From the NCBI GenBank assembly GCA_013265495.1, contig PNXW01004556.1:62001-93104 (forward strand): a stretch of DNA of 31,104 bases, read 5' to 3'. Under the pieces are notes generated by a model, which saw nothing but the letters and a program-made list of their open reading frames with translations, was not told the origin of the DNA and did not search any database. Position 1 is the first letter of the stretch; each line of letters opens with the position of its first letter. A program made the position numbers and the translations under genes. The stretch is from Vicugna vicugna (lineage: Eukaryota). This document shows positions 23,399 through 31,104 of the stretch, piece by piece.

Positions 23399-23594
23399 TT
23401 TCTTCTGTACAGCACAAGGAACTATATTCAATATCTTGTAATAATTTTATTTTATCTTGTAATTCAATTTTATCTTTGATGAAAAAGAACATGAAAACCA
23501 ATATACGCATCTATATGCATCACTGGAACATTATGCTGTACAGCAGGAATTCACACATTGTAACTGACTATACTTCAATATTGAAAAAAAAAAA
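23399..23594 (+). mobile_element. Short L1 3'UTR fragment with A tail
   Basis: tttcttctgtacagcacaaggaactatattcaatatcttgtaata..tgtaactgactatacttcaat plus A11 matches 19678-19830. No TSD visible. Confidence 0.92.
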
Positions 23595-24047
23595 TGGAGA
23601 GAGCATCCCTGAGAGCCAAGGGCAGGATGGACAACAGTAGGTCTTAAGGAGAGTTCCTGACGATTTGGTTATGTTTTAAATGGAAGACAAGATGTTTTCC
23701 AAAATAAACAAGGTAAGTTGTGTTTAGTGGGCCTTTCCTTTGGTATGGAGGCCAGGAGGACCATGCTTGGTATGAATTTCTGGGAGCAAAGGAAGGGGGA
23801 AAGCATATGACTTCTGGAGTAGAGGGGAGTTTCCTCAGGCCACTGTGACTGAGCTGGGAAGTGGACTGGATGTGGCCTCTGAAGCCAGCAGCACAGGGTG
23901 GGCCAGAAGTGGTGATGGGGTCACCAGAGGAGCCGAGCCGTGCTTTGGAGAGTGGCCTGGGGGACTCCTCTGTCAGTAAGGGATGCAGGGTGGATGGACA
24001 GGGAGAAACTGGAGCAAGAAGACCAGAGAACAGAAGACAATTTAGAG

Positions 24048-24574
24048 TACTCGGGAGGAAGAAACTTTCTGCTACTCTTCAAGGCTGTTCTGTCTGGTCT
24101 AAGAACTAAATTGACAAAAGTTTAATAACATATGTATATGGGAGAGACCCAGGAGAATTGAGGAACTTGCAACACGGCCAAAACCCTCACCTTCATACCA
24201 TCTTCAGCTAGAAACAAAAGAGAACGTTGAGAGAGGGAAGGTGGTCTGGGGCATCAAAGGGATGGAAGGCCATGGAGATGGAAAAGCAAGTGTTTGATAA
24301 ACAGATGTTTGCTGGGCCATACAGAGGTAATGGGACACAGAGAGGAATTTTAACAGGCTTTGCTAGGTTCCTCCCTGTCCATACACTTAGGTCATAGCAT
24401 AGTGATCTATGGTGAGAGCCCCTTTCCTGGAACAGGTCCTCTGTCTACATGATTTTAGGCAGTTAGGGGGACAGGCAGAGTTTCTTACTTACTCTTTTGG
24501 GGCTTGAATATTTTCAGGTCAAAATAATCTGCATGCCAGAGATATTTTGGAGTCGCAAGTTTTGCTTCCCTGCA
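24048..24574 (-). mobile_element. ERV1-class solo LTR (MER34-like)
   Basis: Shares motifs with the 12809-13369 LTR (ctggtctaagaactaaattgaca; caaaataatctgcatgcca..attttgg). Ends cttccctgca. Confidence 0.78.
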
Positions 24575-25539
24575 GTGGCCTCTGGCCACAGTTGATGAAA
24601 AGGAAAGAAAAGATGGGAAACCCTGTTTTGGAGAAGGACCAAGGCTGGGTGGCTAGCAGGCTGGATTTTTTTTCACTCAGCTGGTGCTGGCTTTGATCCT
24701 GAATTACCCCAGTGTTTTTGGTTAGGCTGATTCTCCCCCTGGGGCCAATCTTTCAGTCTGAAATCTCCCAGAGCAGGCAGCTTCAGCAACACAGTCCTCC
24801 CTCATGTCATGCTCAGCCTGGAGGGTCTAACTCCTCCCCAGTGGGCTCTTCGGCAGTGTTGTCGGAGGGTTTCAGGAACAGGATGTTCATACCTCATCAG
24901 CAATAGTGTGACACTGATTGTTGGAATCCAAGGGGAAGCCAGGAGCCCAGAAGGAAGGCAAGACCAGGCTTAGACTTCCTATGGGTCAACCACCATTTTG
25001 GGCACTAGGAGGGGCACCCAAGGGAGCTCGTGTTCTGCACAGCCAGTCTCCACCTTCAATTAACTGCTGTCCTTTAGTTAACCAGCAAGCTTAGCCTTTT
25101 CTGAAATCCTGCAGCCAGGATAGTCCTTTACCAAGGCTGACAATGTCCTTATGTAGCAGGGACCACCCCAGGCATTTTCTGTGTACAACACCCTGAATAA
25201 AACTGTTTACAGTCAGCCAATTCAGTAAAAAGTTGAATGAGTCTGATTAGAATATTCATATGATGCCCATGACCTATAATTAGCATAAGTAGGAGAGAGA
25301 ACGTTGAGTCAAGGAGACAGATTCTTGCCCATAGAAGTTAAAACTGTCTCCTCTGTTTTGCTCCCTGCCCAGATCTTCTGCCCTGATAAATTCAAAGGGT
25401 TAACAACCACGTGGAAGGGAATGGGGACTGTGTTGTGTGAATTTCAGGATTCTTGCCGTTGCTTCTCCCCCAGTGGCACACACTTACTCTTAAGAATTAA
25501 GAGTTTTGTTTTAATAGTTTTTGTTCTGATTCTAAAAAT

Positions 25540-25700
25540 GAATCCTAGGTCTTTAGATCTGGAAGAGACTTCAGAGCGCAGCCAGCCAACCCTGGTATTT
25601 GACAGATAGGGTCAGTGACCCTCAGAAGGGAGAAACTTGCCTGGTTGTGTTACCACATTTCAGTGTCAGGACAATCTTTCCTATCGGCAATCTTTCATAA
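25540..25700 (-). mobile_element. MIR/MIR3 SINE fragment
   Basis: tttagatctggaagagacttcagag..tttgacagatagggtcagtgaccctcagaagggagaaacttgcct. Confidence 0.65.
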
Positions 25701-26034
25701 TGCCCCACTGAGGTATGTATGACATCAGAAGATTCCTGTCAACTTCTGTTTCCACGCTATGCCAGGGTGTCTCACTAGATTCAATCAAGGTGATTGCGAC
25801 AATTGTGTCATTCCCAGTCTTCTCTGCTGCTCAACTTTTGCCTAAAACAACCCTTTCAAGAGGTCTTAGCCGCATCTTTCTTTAGGATTTAATAGCCATT
25901 GGTCCATCAGCTGAGTGATGGAGTGTGTAGTCTGCTGTCCCAGGGAGCATGTCACTATCCCCTTAGAAGTGACTTACCCCAGTGGGAATAGAATTTGAGT
26001 GATTAGGAGAGCTACTATCTAAAGTCATGTTTAG

Positions 26035-26405
26035 TAGTATTCATCAATTGTGTATCAAGCATTAATTGAACACCTAGTGTGTACCAACTGCTAAGCTTGA
26101 TGTTTTCAGAGTTAAGAGTGAGACTTCTGACATTTCAACCCATGGCCTTTTGGCTGAAATGACAGCCTGGATGCTCATTTTTCAGGGTTCCCATAGCCCT
26201 TCGAGCACACATTTATTAAAGTTCTCACTGTATTGTAATTCAATGCTATCATGTTTCTTTCTTTTTTTTTTTTCACTAAACCCCAAGCTCTTAAAAGCAA
26301 CTCAGTGTCATCCATCTCTGTGAACCTTACCCCTGGCAGTGCCTGATATTTCATAGATGCTTAACAAATATACTTTGTAGGGATAGAAGAAAGAAGGAAT
26401 GAATG
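26035..26405. mobile_element. LINE-2 3' end fragments (minus ~26035-26115; plus ~26195-26405)
   Basis: caagcattaattgaacacctagtgtgtacca; cagtgcctgatatttcatagatgcttaacaaatat..gaatgaatg. Confidence 0.7.
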
Positions 26406-26969
26406 TGGGGCTAAGCCCATTATGTTATTACCACTGGACCCTTGTCACTGAAATGTTCCCACCAAAGATTTAAAGAAATGTCAGTACTGTGACCATTTGA
26501 AATCTCAACAATAGAGGCCAAGGACAATTGAAATGTCAGCTGTTTTGGGTCATGTGCCAAGCATCCCACAGTTATGTTTGCTGAGGTGGGGGGGCTTCCA
26601 GCTAAGTTCTGGGAAGGAACACAATATTTATTTAAGAGCTAGTGTCTACTTACACACAGGAAAACACTCTGCCACCTCACTTTGCTTGAAACTGGAATTC
26701 TGGTCTCCAGTTGATGGCTGAGACAATGCAGGGCATTGCAAAACATTTCAGATTGGTTGGTTTCCCTGGCAGCTTAGTTTGCTTGCGTCAAAAACACAAA
26801 CACAGAGCAGATCATGTTTCTGTATTAACAAGCCTGCAGAACCTGCCTGGGGATGAAAAACTGGTACTACAGAGGAAGTGATGGGGAAATATTTTAGGGA
26901 CATTATCTCAGGGCCATCATTTTAACAAATTGTTTGTTAACATATTGCCTGGAAGTGGGCCAGAACTAA

Positions 26970-27125
26970 AAACAACACCATCTGTTTATATAGTGGCTTA
27001 TGGTTTATAAAACATTTCACAGTCATTATCACACTTTTTTGGCAACTGCTACCCTACTTTGTAGATGAGGAAATCGCGAGTCACTGGGGTTTGTTGATTT
27101 CACATAGTAACTGGTGGGTCGCATG
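26970..27125 (-). mobile_element. MIR SINE fragment
   Basis: tttatatagtggcttatggtttataaaacatttcaca..ctactttgtagatgaggaaatc. Confidence 0.7.
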
Positions 27126-27169
27126 TGTACTGTCTCCTCCATGGTTATTAGCATCACAAGAAATTCGAA

Positions 27170-27545
27170 GATCCTCACCCCAAACTTGGCACTCTCCAGT
27201 TCCACTAAAACTACCCTTGCCATGGTGATCAGCAATCTCCTAGAAGCCAAATATCATGGACTCTTCTATTTTTATCTTGCCAGTGCTTCTGTAACAAATG
27301 AGCACGTGGAATACTCCCTACTTCTTAAAGGCAGTCTTCTTTGGTCTCTGTGATGCTGTTCCCTCCTGGTTTTCCTCCTCTATCTTAAAACACACCGTCT
27401 CAACCTCATTTACTGGCACCTCTGTCCCCAGGCACATTATGAATGTTGGTCCTCTTTGGCCCTTTCCTCTTTGTGCTCCACACTCTCCTAGGGAATCTGC
27501 AACCATTAACTTCAAAGTGGTAACTCCCAAATCTCTGCTACCAAT
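27170..27545 (+). mobile_element. LINE-2 reverse-transcriptase-region relic
   Basis: Translations STKTTLAMVISNLLEAKYHG..HVEYSLLLK and GLCDAVPSWFSS..VSTSFTG resemble L2/CR1-clade RT (STETALxKVxNDLL..DTVDHSLLL; GxxDxxLSWFSSYL). Confidence 0.8.
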
Positions 27546-27554
27546 CTCTTACAT

Positions 27555-28830
27555 GAATTTAAGTTTCCTTTTTTTTTCTAGTAAAGGAATATTTAGTAGT
27601 TTCCTTCATATAGATTTCACATAATTCAATAAGTGTTATTTCTGAATATTACATAGTTTCATGACTACTGTGATATGATTTGGTTTCCATTATGTTTTAT
27701 AAATGGCTATGCTAGTATGTAAAAAAGCTATTGTCTTTACACATTTGTTTTGAAGCCAGCTTCTGAAATCTCAGATTAGTTTTATCTGTTTTTCAGTTGA
27801 TTCTTTTTGGTTTTGCAGATAGACTACTATCTGCACATAATGATAGTTTTCTCTTATTTTATGTTCTTTATGCCTCTTACTCCTTTTCTCATCTTAATTG
27901 CATTGGCTAGCTCCCCTAAAGCAATATTACCACTGGCAATAGTGGTCATTAGGCTACTTCAGTGTTTCATCGTAAAGCTTAGTATCATTTCACCACTAAA
28001 TTAAATACATGTATATACTTTATTTTATTGGTGGCATATCATTCTATTTCTATTTTACGTTAGTAAATGATGTTAATTTTTATTAAATGTCTTTTAATTA
28101 TATCTTTATATATAAAATGATAGTTTTCTCCTTTGTTCTAATCATCTGATAGATGATGTTAATAGAGTTTCTAATACTGAATTGCCTTTGCAGTAATTTT
28201 TTTTTTGGAAAGAGCCTATTTAAGAACTTAAATTTTTATTTAGCTCAACTTAAATTTTTATTTAGCTCAGGGGACTACATGTTAAATTTATTAATTATTG
28301 CTTCTCCCTCTAGAGTTCCTATTAACACTGTATTTTATCTCCTAAACCTATCCCTTCATATCTCTTACTATTTTTTATGTATTATATTTGTTTTGTCTTG
28401 CTTCTGGATTTTGGGGAAATTTCTTAAACTGAACTTTTGAGTCATTGATATGATTTTCTACACTATCTGATCTATTATTCATTACTACTACTTGCAAATT
28501 TGAAATTTACAACTTGAATTTACCAATTTATGAGATAAATGTATAATTTTAAAAGTTAAATTAATTTAGAAATTGAAATGTTGAAGAGCAATATTTCCTG
28601 ACATCAGATTGTTGCTTTTAGATGGGTGGGTGCTGAAATCCCAAGTTTTTTTGAGAATATGAATCAATTTTATTTTGTTTCTTTTCATATCTTACTTTTT
28701 GGAATAAACTTGCTTCAGAGAATATTTGCTCTGATCTTTCATATGTATTTCCTTCTTTCAAATCACTGAATCATTTCATATATCTGGTGATTTTTCTGTT
28801 TGTTCAACTTTCCTGAGAAAGTCCTATTCA
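27555..28830 (-). mobile_element. Ancient, heavily deleted L1 (L1ME-type)
   Basis: Antisense L1 motifs (aaatggctatgctagtatgtaaaaaagctattg; ttttcagttgattcttttt; cttaattgcattggctag; gagtttctaatactgaatt). May extend toward ~29500. Confidence 0.72.
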
Positions 28831-29529
28831 TGGTTGTGAATTACAGTGGCTTCCATCAGAGACCATGAGGATGTGTATTCTATTCTTAAGTTTAAGAAAA
28901 AGAGAAAAGGTGGATCTGCAGCTTTAGTTTGTAGGAGTATCATTGGCTGGGAAGACTGGGAAAAGACTACAGCTAGAAACATCTGCACATGTGCTAAATG
29001 ATTTCTTCCAGGCCATGGTGAAGTCCACGGTTATCTTGGAACCCCATAAGATGTGCCCACATTTTAATTATCACACCTCTCAAGGCTGGAAGGGTTCCAT
29101 CCATAAGCTCCCTCTGTATTTCCTGAACCTTTATGAAAACCATGCCTTCTGTCCCAGTGACAGCCCTTGGAGTCCTGGGCCTGCTGCTCGAAGTTAGGAA
29201 TATTTGTGCCAAGTTAGAATTCCCCTCAACTATGGAATCTAGGAAAGTAATTACAACCAAAGGCAATCTCATCGCAGGGAGTTCCACTGCTGGGCAGATG
29301 GGGAGCCAGTCCCCCTCTCTTGCCATGATTACTGGCAATAGACCACTCCCTCTGTGCTCTGCCCATGGCCTCCCTGTTTGAAGACCTTCTGAGCTGGGAA
29401 GTCAGAGTGATCTCCTTATATACCCCATCTACTCACTGCTGGGGTCAACTCCTTCATTTGCACAGAACTCAGGGCATTGGTCCATCAGTTAGTGAAGACC
29501 ACCAGCACCACATTTTTTACAACATATTA

Positions 29530-29780
29530 GGCAGTATAATGCCATAAGTGCTCAGTGTCTAGAGCCAGACTCCTTGGGTCCAAACATTAGCTCTTCTTCT
29601 AGCTGTGGGCCGGATGGACCTCGTAGCCTTCCCTGTGCTGTGGCCTCTTCATCTGTAATAGAGAAATAATAACAACCCATCAGTGTGGATAATGGTAGCA
29701 CTTCCCTATCAAGAAGTACCATGATGCTGAGCATTTCCTTCCAGACAGTGACTACACACAGTCATGCTCAGTCGTGTGAA
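29530..29780 (+). mobile_element. MIR SINE
   Basis: ggcagtataatgc..tctagagccagactccttgggtccaaa..cctcttcatctgtaatagagaaataataaca. Confidence 0.78.
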
Positions 29781-29924
29781 TGCAAAAAGTGTCAACACTT
29801 CCAGTTCAAGGAAGGTGTCCTTTCCCGATGGTTCTATTTTTTTATATTTCTTTGGCTATTTCCATGGAAACTTGAAAAAGAGAAGAGTTAAATGTATAGA
29901 CTTAAATGCCCATCTTGTCCCAGA

Positions 29925-30325
29925 AGTTTTAAAGTAATCTTTCTGAAATGAAAGCTGATCACTTTACTCCCTGATTTAAATCTTTAAATGATGGTCCATG
30001 TCAAAGAGGGTAAAATTCAAACTCTTCGGTGACATCAACAAGGCCACTTGGAATCTTGCTCACCTTCTGGTCTGGACTCTAACCTATTTCTCTCTCACAC
30101 CCCAGGCTTCAGCCCAACTGACCTCTGCAGGGTCTCTGCTCACGTGGAGCCTTCCACCTGGAAGCCCTCCTCCCACCATCTTCTCAGCACCCTTGCACCT
30201 TATTGGCTCTGCTGCAATTCTGAAGGCTCACTTCCAGGTATCCCCTCCTCTATGAAGCCCAGAATTGCACCAGCAGGCCCTTCCTTGGTATCCACACTGC
30301 ATCCAGTGCAGGTCTCTCCATAATA
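29925..30325 (+). mobile_element. LINE-2 3' region fragment
   Basis: taatctttctgaaatgaaagctgatcactttactccctgatttaaatc..gggtaaaattcaaactctt..caaggcc..cctcctctatgaagccc. Confidence 0.78.
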
Positions 30326-30334
30326 TGCCTATGA

Positions 30335-30510
30335 AGCTTTGTTCTCAACTGCCATGATTGTTGGGACCAACTAGGGAGCTTATTAACAAGTACAAATAAT
30401 GGCTCCGGAAGATTCCAGTTCATTAGGGTAGAAATGGGGTCCAGGAATCCATATAATTGATAAAACAACTGAGGTGATTCTGAAGACCTGTCAAGCCTGG
30501 ATTAATGGTA
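30335..30510. mobile_element. MER5-like hAT-Charlie MITE, degraded
   Basis: gttctcaact..ctagggagcttattaa..agattccagttcattagggt..ggggtccaggaatccatat..aggtgattctga. Confidence 0.68.
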
Positions 30511-30543
30511 CCTGTTCTCTAGTTAACATTCTCTGTTTAACAA

Positions 30544-30649
30544 GGCTCCTTTCTGGGTGGGCCCTCCTTTCTGGTTGACCTGCCCTCCCTTTTGGTTAGT
30601 GTAGCCTCCTCTCCGGTTAACTTGCCCTCTTCTCTGGTTCATGTGCTCT
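30544..30649. repeat. Degenerate 21-bp minisatellite (about 5 units)
   Basis: Units ggctcctttctgggtgg / gccctcctttctggttgacct / gccctcccttttggttagtgt / agcctcctctccggttaactt / gccctcttctctggttcatgt. Confidence 0.8.
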
Positions 30650-30775
30650 GCTGTCTCTAATAAGCCATGGGTTCCTTTTAAGCAAGCACCATGTCTTATC
30701 TGTCTTATGTCCCCAGCACCTAACACAGTTCCAGGCACTTAGAAACATGCTACATGAACAAATGATTAAGTGATT
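30650..30775 (+). mobile_element. LINE-2 extreme 3' end
   Basis: ccatgtcttatctgtcttatgtccccagcacctaacacagttccaggcacttag. Confidence 0.75.
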
Positions 30776-31104
30776 TGCCTGTCTCTTAAGTGTTCCAGCC
30801 TCCAGCCTCCCAGGTGTTTCTGTCTTTTCATTCACTCATGTTCATTTCATTTCAGTCACGTTCATTGCTTTTGCCCACTTCCACTTGAATGTCAAAGACT
30901 TAATTGAGGAACTTATAAGCGAGGCAGGAACCATTGCTTCTACTTTGGCAACATCTGCCAGACTTCCTTGCCAGACTTATCGTGAACCTTCTGTCCTCTT
31001 GAGAAAGGAAGCCTGGGGGATCAGAGGGGCTGTTGTATAGCAGCCTTCTCCCGAGACTCAAATGTTTGGCAACTTCAGGCTTGGCACAAGGATTGCCATG
31101 AGGA

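Noticed and set aside
23680..23718. ATG..AAG|GTAAGT mini-exon (MEDKMFSKINK)
   Set aside because: No promoter or acceptor support, no recognisable peptide, and no downstream partner exon identified.
25971..26020. Minus-strand donor GGG|GTAAGT with a 41-nt upstream segment
   Set aside because: The acceptor lacks a polypyrimidine tract, and the peptide is not recognisable.
28994..29338. 114-aa minus-strand ORF
   Set aside because: No recognisable domain. It adjoins an ancient L1 and is probably its degraded 5' region or chance.
30544..30649. CRISPR-like array
   Set aside because: Eukaryotic context, contiguous degenerate units without unique spacers, and no cas genes.

Overview
Mammalian, repeat-dominated, apparently intergenic or intronic DNA. 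It is most likely camelid, judged from a tRNA-Ala-derived SINE of the Vic-1 type and the absence of Alu, B1/B2, Bov-A/BovB and PRE-1. Bases 1-~7080 are a nearly full-length but dead LINE-1 on the minus strand: 5'UTR, ORF1, long inter-ORF spacer, ORF2 with frameshifts and stops, and a 3' end running off the window start. The rest is a mosaic of younger 5'-truncated L1 copies, several solo LTRs (ERV1-like, ERVL-like, MaLR), hAT DNA transposons, ancient L1M/L2/MIR fragments and short unique islands. I found no recognisable intact protein-coding gene; almost all ORFs in the track are transposon relics or chance frames. I cannot support a novel biological system here. The most notable items are structural: a three-layer nested insertion with retained TSDs, a perfect 141-bp tandem duplication inside an L1, a diverged ~135-bp duplication in L1 ORF1, an unassigned 1.1-kb TG..CA insertion, a degenerate 21-bp minisatellite and weak exon/promoter candidates. 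Subfamily names come from recalled consensus resemblance, not from a database search.
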